From Callorhinchus milii (lineage: Eukaryota), in NCBI RefSeq assembly GCF_018977255.1, contig NW_024704743.1, positions 41,728,001-41,792,000 of the forward strand: a DNA stretch of 64,000 nucleotides, given 5' to 3'. Position 1 is the stretch's first letter. Every line of letters begins with the position of its first letter. The notes under the pieces were generated by a model. That model was not told the origin of the DNA. It did no database searches and saw only the letters and a program-made list of their open reading frames with translations. The translations under genes and the position numbers were made by a program. Of this stretch, positions 50,065 to 62,311 are shown piece by piece.

Positions 50065-50456
50065 TAATAATAATAATAATAATAATCCTTGCATTCTTTT
50101 GATATAGCGCCTTATCACCCTTCGCAACGTCTCAAAGTACTTCACAGAATATAGTGTAAAGTGGATTGACTGTATTTTGTGGATGAAATGCGGCAGCCAA
50201 TTGCACATGGCAGTGTCCCACAAACAGTCATGGATTGAGTGATCTATTTATAATTTTTTTTATATTTAAATTTTTGAATGGATTATTACCTCCCGGAAAA
50301 AACGCTCCACCAATCGACTAACAATTGCCTACTTGCTGCTAGGTAAACAGAGGTGTGTGGAGTAAGGAAAACTTACCTAATGTTTCGCCCGGCCCGGGAA
50401 TCGAACCCATGTCCTCTTGCTTGCGAGTGCTCTAAACATTAAGTTACAGGATTCCA
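50065..50456 (-). mobile_element. SINE family B long variant (extra ~60 bp at 50290-50350)
   Basis: Standard tail, body and head, plus cctcccggaaaaaacgctccaccaatc...ctaggtaaacag. Confidence 0.88.
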
Positions 50457-51221
50457 AATTAACTCCTCCCTGCGCTGCGGAGGAACAGAATTCTCTGCAA
50501 GCAGGTATTTGCATGAATCGAGTGCAACTCACTGGCCTCCTGCCCTGCCAATCTAGTTGCTACAGATTGGACAGAGATGACAGAGCAGCAGAAACAAGTC
50601 AGTGAGGTTTTGGACGCAGGTAAATCAAAGGCAGGCTGAGTTTGTCTGATGTCAGCCAAAGCAAAACTGATAATGATTATCTGAAGGGTTCTGTTGTGCA
50701 GACAAGCCCACAACAATATCAACAATCTAAACTGGCCAGGATTGATGGCTCTAACCATTGTAAACGTTTCATAAATCTATCTATTTTCTGGCACATGCAC
50801 AATTTACAATGGATGCAACAAGGCGAGTCAGCACCATTTTAATTGTCGAAAATGTAAACAGCAATTTTTAATGTTCAGTTTATTATTTATTATTTGTTGT
50901 AGGTCAGTTGGCATTAATATTAAAAGATAAGATATTGCTATGCAGAAGGCTACAGTTATCCGTGGGTGTTTTCACATGAGCTGGTTGATCTCATTACCAT
51001 TTAAAATATAAAGTATTGATTTTAATTATGCTGCTTTTCCATATTATTTTGTGCAATTGCTGTGCAACTGATGATTGTTGTGAAAATAGAAGTCGGATTC
51101 AATTGACCCTGCTGGTGATTGAATGTTCAGAAAAATTTAGCAATGCTGCACGGGAATGTTAACTAAATAGAACAGTGGAAATTACAGCTATTCGATCCAC
51201 TGAGTATATGATAGTGCTATT

Positions 51222-51601
51222 TCACCTTCAAAGCCCTCTATGGTCTTGCTCACTCCTACCTCTCTGATCTCCTAATCCCCTACCACCCTGTTCGCTCCCT
51301 CCACTCAGCGGGTTCCGGCCTGCTTCATGTCCTCCACCTTGCTCGCCTCACTATTGGTGGGTGGGCCTTCCGCCACTCTGCCCCCACCCTCTGGAACACC
51401 ATTCTGCAGTCCTTCCATCTCGCCCCCTCCCTCGCCCCCTCCAAGACCCACCTCAAGACCCTCCTCTTCGATTGTGCTTTCGATCTCCCTGCTTATCCCC
51501 CTGCACTGACCCCCTCCCCCACCCCGACCCTTAGTTCGGGTCCATAACTCTGTCCTCCCGAAGTGAAAGGGCTGTACAAATGTAATTTTGTTGTTGTTGT
51601 T
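51222..51601 (+). mobile_element. L2 LINE 3' fragment
   Basis: TFKALYGLAHSYLSDLL, AFRHSAPTLWN motifs and (gtt)n tail. Confidence 0.9.
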
Positions 51602-51659
51602 ACTATCTTGTCCACTGAAGTTTACTACTTTTTTCTCAATTCCCTAGTCCTTTTCCCAA

Positions 51660-51845
51660 ACCTTGCATTTTGTTCCTCTTGAAATGTTTATCAAATTTCT
51701 CATTAAAACATATTTTGGTTTTAGCCTCAATAACAATTCCTGCCAAACCATCCCATGTTCTATTAAACTCTGCATGAAAACAATTCTTCCAGGGTATACC
51801 TTAAATCTTCCAGCGATAATCCTGAGCTATTGCCCTGGGACCCTT
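51660..51845 (-). mobile_element. CR1 3' remnant
   Basis: Reverse reads cagggcaatagctcagga...aagatttaagg...cagagtttaatagaacatggga...gttattgaggctaaaacc. Confidence 0.55.
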
Positions 51846-51849
51846 TAGG

Positions 51850-52150
51850 AACAACAACAACAAAATTACATTTATAGAGCGCCTTTCACGTCGGGAGGAT
51901 GTCCCAAAGTGCTGAACAGTCAGATGTCAGGGCCCAAGCTTGGTGGAGGGGTGGTGTAGGGGTGAGGGAAGGCGGAGAGGTGGGAGGGAGACCAAAGGCA
52001 TGGTCGAAGAGAAGAGTCTTGAGGCCGGCCTTGAAGGAGGTAAGGGAGGAACTGAGGCGAAGTGACCGTGGGATGGAGTTCCAGAGTGTGGGGGCAGAGA
52101 GGCTGAAAGCCCGGCCACTGATGATAAGGTAGATCGAGCGGGAGACATGG
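51850..52150 (-). mobile_element. L2 LINE 3' fragment
   Basis: GRAFSLSAPTLWNSIPRSLRLSSSLTSFKAGLKTLLFDHAFG; (caa)n at left. Confidence 0.92.
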
Positions 52151-52810
52151 AGCAATGGTCCCCACTTTCTACTTTTAGCCAAAAAAAATCGCAACAGAGA
52201 TTAAAAGTATCTATCCTCTGCCACATGTTCATTTTAGGTTTTCAGTGGTTGAACCTCCAAATTTATTTTCAATACTTCAGTCCTTGTATTTGTCAGCTGA
52301 GCTTTATTTGACTGGAATCTTGCAACCTCCTCTGATTATGCATTCTACTTCCTCATAGCTTGCTGCGACCTGTACATTTTATGAATTTGGACTAAATTTG
52401 CCAATCCAAGCTATTTATGCTATTTATGGGTACTGAACCTGTATGTGTCCTGAACCTGTATGTGTCCTAGCACAGACCTTTGAGTTACAGACCTTCTTTG
52501 CCCCTTAGAATTATCCTCTGGCATGAGCCTTTTAGCCAATTACTAATAATGCTCATCCATGATATCCTTGATACCCCACTCACATTAATTTGTGAAGGAA
52601 TTCTCAGATATGGGTGAAAAATGTGCTATGTGAAATTATCAATGTTGATTTAGGCAGAAATTCTTCAGAATGCTGCCCAAACCAGCCATCAATGATCACA
52701 CACCTCATTTTTCACCCCTATATTTCATTCACCAAAGTCACCTCATCTATGTCTGCTGATGTATGACTTTCACAAACTTACATCAATTACAAGGCTTTCA
52801 AGATTATATA

Positions 52811-53145
52811 CAAAAACAGAAGTTGCTGGGAACACTCAGCAGGTCAAGCAGCAACTATGGAGAAAGGAAAGTGAATTAACGTTTCGGGTCCATAACGCTT
52901 CATCAGAACTGGTGCATGTTGGAAGGGAGAGGCTTTTAAGGGCTAACAGAGAGGGGGGGGGCAGGACAAGGAAGACAAAGGAGAAAATGGGGTAGAGGAC
53001 AGGGGATGATGGGTTAAAGAGGTGTTAATGATGAAAAACAAGGGAGGTTTGCAACGAAGCAGGGGAATAGAGGTGTTAATACAAAAGGGGGAAAGATTGC
53101 AGCAAAATAGGCAGACCAGAAAGAGAAAAGGTGTGTCTGGGACTA
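52811..53145 (-). mobile_element. Penelope-like element (PLE) terminal-repeat fragment
   Basis: Minus strand: pyrimidine-rich tract, then ctgatgaa...gaaacgtt...ttgacctgctgagtgttcccagcaacttctgttttt, the layout of PLE pseudo-LTRs. Confidence 0.65.
52874..52910 (-). ncRNA. Minimal type I hammerhead-ribozyme-like motif (degenerate)
   Basis: agtt-CTGATGA-a-gcgtt-atg-gaccc-GAAAC-GTT-aatt: both core boxes present; stem I agtt/aatt with one GU; stem II with one C-C mismatch; palindromic ACGT in place of stem III. Confidence 0.6.
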
Positions 53146-53450
53146 AAATAATAATCCTTGAATTTGATATAGCACTTTTCACGTCTTCTAGACGTCCCAA
53201 AGCGCTTCACAGAATATACTGTAAAGTGAATTGACTGTATATTTGTGGGCGAACGCGGCAGCCAATTGCGCACAGCAATGTCCCACAAACAGTCGTAGAT
53301 TGAAAATGACCAATTTATTATTGTTTTGTTTTTTGGGAGGGATTATTATTAGGCGTGTGGAGTAAGGAAACTTGCCCAAGGTTTTGCCCTGTCTGGAATT
53401 GAACTCGGTCTCTCGCTTGCAAAGTGAGTGCTCTAACCACTGACTCCACA
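53146..53450 (-). mobile_element. SINE family B, full length
   Basis: Head, body and tail as at 11280. Confidence 0.92.
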
Positions 53451-54119
53451 TCAAGATGATGTGGTTATGGTCACAGAAGAGGGTGAGGGTGTTTTATTTT
53501 GCGTTTTATTCAAGATTATATGATGGTTAGATAGCTTTTGTCAGGTGCTCTACTGAAGCACTGACACTACCATTGAACTACCATGCAGCTATGAAATGTT
53601 GGAAAACGCATTTACTTTTATTGAGTTTCTTGTTGCTTTCAGTGTCCTAGGAATAACTCACACTATTTTATCGAGAAACAGAAATCAACACTTCAGTTTA
53701 CAGATCACAGATCATGACAGAAATTATTGATATAAAATCCTTGTATAAAATATTTTTTCAATAAATATGACACTTTTTATTGGGGATGACTTTAGTTCTT
53801 GCGGCCATAATCTGGAGAGGTATGGCTTACAAATCAAAAATATGGCATTTTACATTCAGTTAGGTCACTGCTTGACTAAGGTTTATTGTGTATAGTCAAA
53901 CCATTGTCATGTTATAGTACCAGTTTCAATGTGGACAGGCTTTATTGATGTTTTTTTTTCATTTGGTAAACAGCAGCATGTTTTACCCAAATACAAGCAC
54001 AAAATCTAGCCAGGAACTCAGATAGCCTATTTGTTCCAAAGCCTTCGTCTGGAATAAATTCAGGACAGTGTGCAACAGTAACAAACAAGGAAAATGGGAT
54101 TTTAGGAGCTTCAGGCACA

Positions 54120-54193
54120 AGATGCCTTGGGAGGTCCTCCCAATGTGAAAGGCACGATACAAATGTAATTTTGTATTGTATTTTTTGTATTGT
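54120..54193 (+). mobile_element. L2 3'-terminal fragment with (GTATT)n end
   Basis: gccttgggaggtcctcccaatgtgaaaggcacgatacaaatgtaattttgtattgtatt. Confidence 0.78.
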
Positions 54194-54783
54194 AAGGAAC
54201 AACATTGGAAGCATATAAAGCAATGGCATGACTTACCTTGAAATATTTCGTATAGTCTGGGGTCACTACTACAGCAATTGGATCCCAGCAATGGAGAAAT
54301 ACGACAAAGAATAAGTAAATTAATTCACTCTTGGAACTTTGAATATGAGAGATTATTTATGTGCTGAGAGACGTCCTCACAACATGAAATGCACTACATA
54401 AATGTAAATTGTATTGTAAATTCTATTGTAAGATGTCAGTATTTACATTGGAGACTAATGATTGAGGAGGAATCTAATTTTGATTATTTTTGAACCTAAG
54501 GGTATAGACGAGCTATTCCCCAGCTCCTTTTTCAATTTGATCAATATGTTTACAATTTTGCTAGTGTTTGCAACAGGAACTGTATGATTTTAGCTAGTTA
54601 AACCCATGCAGTACCCTAAATACACAATCTGAGGTATCTAAGCCTTTGCTTTTGCCAATCTGTACCTAAAATCTGACGAATTAGATAATCAGGGAGCATC
54701 TCTCCAGTGAGAGATGACATACTCTATACCATAAAACTGACAATCTCCATATAAAACTGTCTATAGCTTGCTTTTAGAGATTT

Positions 54784-55140
54784 TTAGATGTGGATCCCCA
54801 GATCTCTTTGCTCCTCGATTCCTCTTAGGTTCTTATCATCTAGACTGTAGACGGCTTCTTTATTTTTCCTACCGAGCTGAATTACTTTGTTTTTTCCATA
54901 CATTAAACTAATTTGCTGTCTTTTTATCCATTCTGCTAGCCTATTTATGTCTTCCTGCATTCTTCTGCAAACCACCTCACTGTTTGCCATGCACCCCAGT
55001 TTGGTGTCATCTTTAAATTTTGACACCACACCTCCTACACCTGAATCCGAATCAATATATTGTGAACAATAGTAGTCCTAAAACAGATCCATCCCTACCT
55101 TTTGCCAGACTGACAAGATGTCCTTAAATCTTACCCCTTC
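54784..55140 (-). mobile_element. CR1 reverse-transcriptase fragment
   Basis: VSKFKDDTKLG (FADDTKL variant)...QEDINRLAEW...K.KVIQLGRKN...EQRDLG. Confidence 0.92.
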
Positions 55141-56159
55141 TTTAATGCATTCTGCAACCTTTCAATAATTTTGCATCCTTCCATTTTCATCAAGAGTCTA
55201 AATTTGAGTCATACTCTCTGCGTACATATGGATATGAAGGCAAATTCTCGGCTACACCTGAATGATATCCAACAAAATCGGTCAAATGTTTCCTTTTTTC
55301 CCAGCCTGGAGTATAATAACAGAGAAATATTAAACACTGCAAATGATCAATACCTTATTGCTTCTTTGGTTTCAGGAATGGCCTTGGGTGTGACATAGTG
55401 CATTTATGGCATCCACAATATTATTCTTTGTGTTGGCTAGATGTCTAGGTGTCAGATAATATAAAATAGTCTCCTGTATTCTGTAAAACAGGAGGGTTAT
55501 TTTAATACTTGCCTTTGATGTAATGCCTTTTTATGTTGTAGCGTATCACAGCATGCTTCACAAGTAATGTGGTGAAGAGTGGTTACTTCATTTGTAGGCA
55601 TCTTCAGCAACCATTTTGCACAAATTAAGATCCTATAAACAGTCATGAGATGAATGATCATTTTTTTTTCTGAAGCATTTTTAGTTGGGACAGATATTCA
55701 CATTAATATGATATTAATATGATATAATATTAATGTTTGTTGGTATTTAGGACTGTGGGCTAAAACAGTTTGCATTCCCTCCACTTTTAGAAGATGCTAA
55801 GAACAATGTGCATTGCAATCTCTGGGAGCTGACTCTCATTGTATCTCTTATTAATTGTCGGGGCTATAACAGCGCTTCTTTGAGTGTAAACAACAGTTTT
55901 AAAGTCTTTCGTGTCCTCTGAGTGCAGCTGCAGTGGAATTACATAAAGTTAGTCCAAGCAGTTATCTAAGACCTTTAGCATCTGTAGCATAATCCAAATG
56001 CCAAATTATCCAGGAATAGTTTCTTGCTACTTGCTTAATTGCATTGTGAGAGTTTTCAGATGGTTTTCAGATTGACAGTCAAAAGTGTCTGATGTGTCTC
56101 AAAAGGATGCAATTAAAGTTTGCTCTGCACTTGATTTGTAAACTTTCGAAGTGAAATTA

Positions 56160-56918
56160 GATCAATTTCCACATGTATGCAGATGATACTGAAATCTATT
56201 TTTCCTCGGTCCTGCGATTCTGAAATCCTTAACTTTACCTGCCTCAGAATCACCACACCTGTACACAATCTAGTGTCAGGTTCGATCCCCAGTCATATTC
56301 CTACCCCACATCCAGTCCCCAACCGGGACTGCCTTCCTCCACCTCATCACCTGTCTTCACCCCTATCAAATGTTGTTGAAATCTCATTCATGCTTTCATC
56401 ACCTTTCACCAATTTTACCAATGTACTTTTTGCTGGTTTTCTCAGCTCTACTACTAAACGAGATTCAAATGATTCAACACTCTGCTGCATGTATCTTAAC
56501 CTGACCCATGCTCTGGATCCCTATCATCCCAGTTCTTTCCAGGCTCCACTATCTCTTTGCTGCATGATAGATAGATTTTAAAATTCTCACACCCTGTCAC
56601 TTCATTACTTCTCCGATCTGTTCACAGCCCACTCCACTACCCACCACCTTTGCTCAGCTGGCTTGGGATTTTTGCACATCCCTCTTCCCTTCTACTCTGC
56701 CATAGGTGGCTGTGCTTTCAACCTCTATGTCCAGAATCTCTGGAACTTGCTCTGTCTTTGCCCATTTTCAAATCACACCTGAAGTCTTTCCTCGTTGACT
56801 GTGCCTTCGCTCACCTCACCTCTCATTCCAACTCAGCAGGAATCAAAACACACTGCTGTTGAGAGCTCTGAAATGCTACTTGTGTGAAGGGTGCTATATA
56901 CATGTAAGTTGTTATTGA
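56160..56918 (+). mobile_element. Old, heavily decayed L2
   Basis: NFHMYADDT at 56164-56190, decayed AF.PLCP..LWN.L motif, L2 tail gtgaagggtgctatatacatgtaagttgtt. Confidence 0.78.
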
Positions 56919-57129
56919 TGAGATATCAGTGTGGTCTAACTTGCAATATTTCTTTAACAATTTTATCAATGAAGAATCTCATTAGAATTTTATGGGAACT
57001 TGAATGTGCAAATGAATCATATTGGAAAGGGTTCCCTTGAGTCAGTGATCATTAAAAGAAATCCCCATTTGCATTTCTCATTATAGACCTCAATAAATAA
57101 CTTTGCATACTGTAATTTTCTACCAATGA

Positions 57130-57412
57130 GATGATTCATAACAGATTTGTTAAAATCTGGGGAGATTAAGCAACTTTTTTTGAAATGAGGAGTTGTTAGC
57201 ATATGGAATTGCCTGGCATGTGTGGTGTTTGAGGAAGAAACAATATTAGCTTTCAAAAGGGAACTAGATAAATATCTAAATAAATAATAAATTACAGGGC
57301 TGTGAGGAAAGGCAGATGAATGGGACTGAATGGATTGCTTTTCGAAAGAGCCAGCATGGACCTGATGGACCAAATAGCCTTCTTCTCTGCTGTAAAGTTC
57401 TATGGTTCTATT
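57130..57412 (+). mobile_element. CR1 3' end
   Basis: FKRELDKYL, gagccagcatggacctgatggaccaaatagcct, ttctatggttctat terminus. Confidence 0.85.
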
Positions 57413-58487
57413 TCATAATTATCAAATCTTTAAAGAAATATAGAATTTTTTGCTCCAGAATTTCCTACTCTTCCCAAAAGTTAATTAGCATTTTAATTAA
57501 AACAAAATATCCAGAAAAAGTACATGAATTTTGATATAAGCTTCCGATAAAGTTTTCAATGAGTAAATAAGTTCACATTTTCACTGTTACAGTTGGAAAT
57601 TGCCAAATTAATACTTGCTTATTTGGAGAAGAAGCTGCAAGAAATTCAATATTATAAGATTTACTCCCCTCCAGGGTATTAGTTTGCAGAGTCAATTTAC
57701 ACTCTGTTGGATCTTCAGACAATAACGGCAGTGAGAGTGAAGTATACAATCAACAGAGTTGAGTTACATTATATACAGTATTATTGTCAATCAATACTGG
57801 AGTAAACCCTTCAGAAGGCATGTTCAATAGAAGTGCAAAATCCTTTTGAAACTTCTCAAACATGAAAGTGCATGTGGGAAGGATTCTCGTAAATTAAGTT
57901 AATTGTAGAGATGGAATTTCTAAGAAATATCCGTGTTGGTTTATTGCACCTTACAGAAAGGTTATGCAAAAATGACCTTCTCTCTGATTGATCAGATTGC
58001 TTAAGACAATGTCTTTAATTGTAGTATTTGAAGAGGTTGTTAAAGCAATTACTGTTAAGACATTGCTGTTGCATGGTTGACAGGGGTGTCTAGGTCCAGG
58101 AACAGCTATTGTTATTATTGCGTATTTAATAAATGATATTTAGCAATCAAGCAGTAAATTCAATGGTAACGTCGAATATGTGTTAGATTTAGTGTGATAA
58201 GATGCTCAAGGTATTCAACAGTAAATTAGAGAATGCCGAACACTAGGAAAGATTGAAGATTATAAGATTAGTAATAACTCTGCTTCACTATCGTGGAGGT
58301 TAGCAAAGGAGTCAAGAGAGGGTAGGAGATAAAGAGAGGTGGCCGTATATAGCTGTGGAAGAAGCGAGCCAAATAAACCAAATATGTTGTGTCTTATAAT
58401 GTTTTGTTGTAATTATGTTGTGTCTCAAATCTCATGTTGTTAAGTAACTAGAAGTTTTACCCTTAACTCTATCTCTAGAGCATTCTA

Positions 58488-58650
58488 GGACTGATAGATT
58501 TTTAAAAAACAGAGGGATTAGGGGATATGGGAATAGGGCAGGTAATTAGAGTTAGCTCTGAAGATCAGCCATAATCTTATTGAATGGTGGGGCAGGCTCG
58601 AGGGGCCGAATGGCCTACTCTGCTCCTAATTCTTATGTTCTTATGTTCTT
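58488..58650 (+). mobile_element. CR1 3' UTR and terminus
   Basis: gatcagccataatcttattgaatggtggggcaggctcgaggggccgaatggcctactctgctcct followed by (ttcttatg)n. Confidence 0.88.
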
Positions 58651-58937
58651 TATCTCAAAGTTACTGTTGAGGATGAAACGCCTCACTTGTTATTGATTGT
58701 GCCATTTTAAGATAAACAAGATAATCATTCAAATGGTCTTGTGCAATTAATTTGACCCAGCAAATGTATCTCCTTTCATCTTGAATTTAGTATCAAATGA
58801 ATATAAAGTGAACCCAATGTTCAGCATCAATTATGGGTGGCTGACTTATTTTATTTGGTTCATTTTTAAGATTAACTACAGTATACCTGAAAGGAAATCC
58901 AGTGTCGATGTTTAAAAACTATTTAGTTTCACTGAAA

Positions 58938-59375
58938 TATTCAGCCTGACTCAATGGTGGCACTCTCCCCTCTGAATCAGAAGGTTGTGAGTTCAAGCCC
59001 CAAATTTGGACTTTGAATCACTTTATCGAAGCTGACACTCCAATGAAGTGTTGGGAATGTGTGCAATGTCAATGGTGCCATCCTTCGGATGAGATGCTAA
59101 AATTAGGTGCTGTATGTTTGCTCACGTAGACATTAAAAATCTCTTGGCACTATTCAAAAGGTGAAAGGAGTTTCTCCCATTGTTCTGGTCAACAATCCCT
59201 CAAATGAAATTGATCATTCACTCCATGGCTGTTTGTGGGCCGTATTGTGGGAGACCTGGCTGCCTCATTCGCTCACAAAATACAGTCAATCCACTTTACA
59301 GTATATCATGTGAAGAGCTTTGAGATAGCGTGACAACGTGATAGGGCATTATACAAAATAGAAGGATTATCATTC
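58938..59375 (+). mobile_element. SINE family A, full length
   Basis: actcaatggtggcactctcccctctgaatcagaaggttgtgagttcaagcccc head, body and tail. Confidence 0.88.
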
Positions 59376-59514
59376 TTTATTGGTATTAATTGATGGAGCA
59401 CATTCAGCTTAATATGTCACCACCTTCAACGTGTCACGGTTTTGGAGTGCTGAGATGTGTAACCTGATTACTTGTTTTGTGTGAAAAAGAAGCAAGACAG
59501 TGCCTTAAACTACT

Positions 59515-59645
59515 ACTAATAATAATCCTTACATATGATACGGCACCTTATCACATGATTGAGATATCTGAATGCGCTCCACAGCATATATTGTAAAGTG
59601 CATATGTAAAGTGTAAAACATAGACTGTGTATTTTGTGGGCAAAA
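59515..59645 (-). mobile_element. SINE 3' fragment
   Basis: taataataatccttacatatgatacggcacc...gactgtgtattttgtggg. Confidence 0.72.
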
Positions 59646-59711
59646 TCACATAGCTACACTGATCCAATGCTAGCAGTAGGCTGGCTGGTATCAAGCTGTG
59701 CTGAAGAATTG

Positions 59712-60836
59712 TGCCTAGCACTGCCTTCAAGGTTCTGTCCTTGACTGGTTCACGTCTTACCTTTCACACTGCCTCATGCAGTGTTCCTCAGTGCTCTGTC
59801 CCTTCCACTTCACCCTCTACACGCTCCCCTTTGGTGACATCATCTGCAGACATGGGGTAAATTTTCACATGTATGCGGATGACACCCAACTTTATCTCTC
59901 TGCCTCCACCCTGAACTCCAGGAATACTGGCGTCGTGACCGACTGCCTGTCTAACATCAAGCCCTGGATGAGGGACAACTTTCTCCAGCTCAACGTCAGC
60001 AAGACCGAGGCCCTCCTGATTGGCTCGCTCCAGCGCCTCCGCACCTCAGGCACTGGCAGCATCAGCCTCCACAGCTGCACACTCAACCTCACTAAGCCAG
60101 TCAGGAACCTGGGTGTCTTGTTAGACCCTGAACTGTCCTTTCTCCCCCACATCCGCACCATGATCGGCACTGCCTACCACTACCTCCGCAACATTGCCAG
60201 ATACCGCGACTGCCTCACTCCTCAGGCTGCCGAAACCCTCCCCACGCATTAGTCACCTCAAGGCTTGATTACGGAAACTTCCTCCTCATCGGCCTTTCCA
60301 ACTCTTCCTTTCACAAGTTGTAGATCTTCCAAAACTATGCAGCTCGCATACTCTCATGCACCAGGCTCCGCGACCCCATCACTCCCACCCTCGCCGACTC
60401 CACTGGCTCACCATCCCCCAGAGGAACGAGTTTAAGATCCTCATCCTCATCTGTGGCCTTGCTCCCTCCTACCTCTCTGACCTGCTGACTCCCTACCAGC
60501 CTGCCTGCTTCCTCTGTCTGGTGGGCTCCGGCCAGCTCCATGTCTCCTGCCCGACCCGCCCTACCATCGGTGGCCGGGCTTTCAGCCTCTCTGCTCCCAC
60601 ACTCTGGAACTCCATCCCATGGTCCCTTCGCTTCACTTCTTCCCTTACCTCCTTCAAGGCCGGCCTCAAGACTCTTCTCTTCGATCATGCCTTCGGTCGC
60701 CCTCCCACCTCTCTGCCTTCCCTCACCCCTACGCCACCCCTCCCCCATGCTCGGGCCCTGACACCTGACTGTTCAGCACTTTGGAACGTCCTCCCGATGT
60801 GAAAGGCGCTCTATAAATGCAATTTTGTTGTTGTTA
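59712..60836 (+). mobile_element. L2 LINE fragment including the RT YADD motif, with stops and frameshifts
   Basis: [31 protein letters not shown]...[13 protein letters not shown]...GRAFSLSAPTLWNSIP; (gtt)n tail. Confidence 0.94.
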
Positions 60837-61769
60837 GGAGTTGGAACTGGTCAAACAGACCAATTTCCTAAACAGTTGCACTCACCAAAGACCTTGGATC
60901 CATTGAAAAAACTTTTGAAAAACACCCTCCACATATCTAAAGACCACATTTGGAGTTCTGTGGGACCAAAGATTTCTTTTTAGGCCTAATGATGTATTCT
61001 TACTTTCCCCAGAAAGGTTGTAACCATTGGCCATTAGTACATAAAAAGGATGATGACAGAACACATTTCAGTGAGAAAAAGGAAGCTTGTTCTTGCCATT
61101 GTGGTAATGGATTAGAATGGGAAAGTTGAACTCAGAAATCCACCAGAGAGAGACAACAGTGAAAAAGATATACGTTCAGCAGTCAGTTGCTTCAGGGATG
61201 CTAGAATGCAGTACAGAGGCTCATTAGAGAAAACTACTGAGCCTATAAAAGTAGCAGAGATGAATTCGGAGCAACTGAACCCTCGAAAGGCATAGCATGG
61301 AATGATAAAAAGACCAACGCTCCTTTGTCCAGATCAGAAAGCTTCATCAGAGGCAGCATAAGAAGTTGAAAGGCAGGAGGGAATGATTCAGGACATACTG
61401 AATCGACTGTAAATGGAGTAGAGAGTACCAAAAGTGCATGACAATATAGAGTCTTTGTGAAACTTAACCACACATAACAGAATGTAACGGGAACAGATCA
61501 AATGAAAACTATATATTAGGCCACCCAATACTGATCAAAGAAAATGTAGCCAGTGTGAGAAAGGGGTTATAAAACAGACCTGTCAGTATTAAATCAAAGT
61601 GGGTGATTCTTTAATATGCTTAGCAAGAGTCACAAACTAATAATATTCCTTTATGGTATGGTGGGTGGGAGGAGAGGGTTGAGGTATATTTTCAGTTTGT
61701 TTATGTTTGGCATGTTAATAATTTTTGGAATCCACCTTCATATTTTCTTAACTTGGGCCTTTTGTTTTA

Positions 61770-62240
61770 CTTTTATTTAATTTCCCACCCCATCTTCCTC
61801 TTATGAAGGTATATGATTCCCTTTTTATCCTACTTCTTGGGTACATATTCACACATATTGATCACTCAGCAGTACCTCAGCCAAGTGCTCTTATTCATGT
61901 GTGAGTATTGATGTTGAATGTTAACCATCTATTTAATCATGAGATCATGGGAGGAGGGAAAGAAACCAGATATCACACCCAAGTCAAATCTTGTCCTCAG
62001 CCATCTTTTTCACGCAGTTTTCCTAACCTGAAAGCAGTGACCATTTGTAGTAAATCTACTGCTGTTCTAGTTAGGATCAGCTTACTCAGCATAAGCTGTC
62101 ATTCAAACCTAAAACAATATGGTTTGTGTGTTTTAGTGTTCATCATTTACTCGAGGAGTCTCCTCTTGCGCCAGTTTTTGGCCTGAGTACAATGCCAAGG
62201 AGCATTCACCTCATACCAAATCTAAAAGCAGTGAAATAAC
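61770..62240 (-). mobile_element. Old SINE-like family C
   Basis: cccaccccatcttcctcttatgaagg, gtacctcagccaagtg..ttcatgtgtgag, atcttgtcctca, gatcagcttactcagcata. Confidence 0.6.
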
Positions 62241-62311
62241 GTCTGGAATATAACCTTTTCCTCTTTGTACCTGAATGATAGCATGCGACTGAGACAGATA
62301 TTCTAAACATG

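Noticed and set aside
52433..52468. 17-bp tandem duplication (ctgaacctgtatgtgtc x2); similar small duplications near 16749 and 29517
   Set aside because: Common slippage products with no further structure
59776..60252. RT-like ORF as a functional reverse transcriptase or novel RT system
   Set aside because: Ordinary L2 fragment with deletions, frameshifts and stops; no endonuclease or accessory gene
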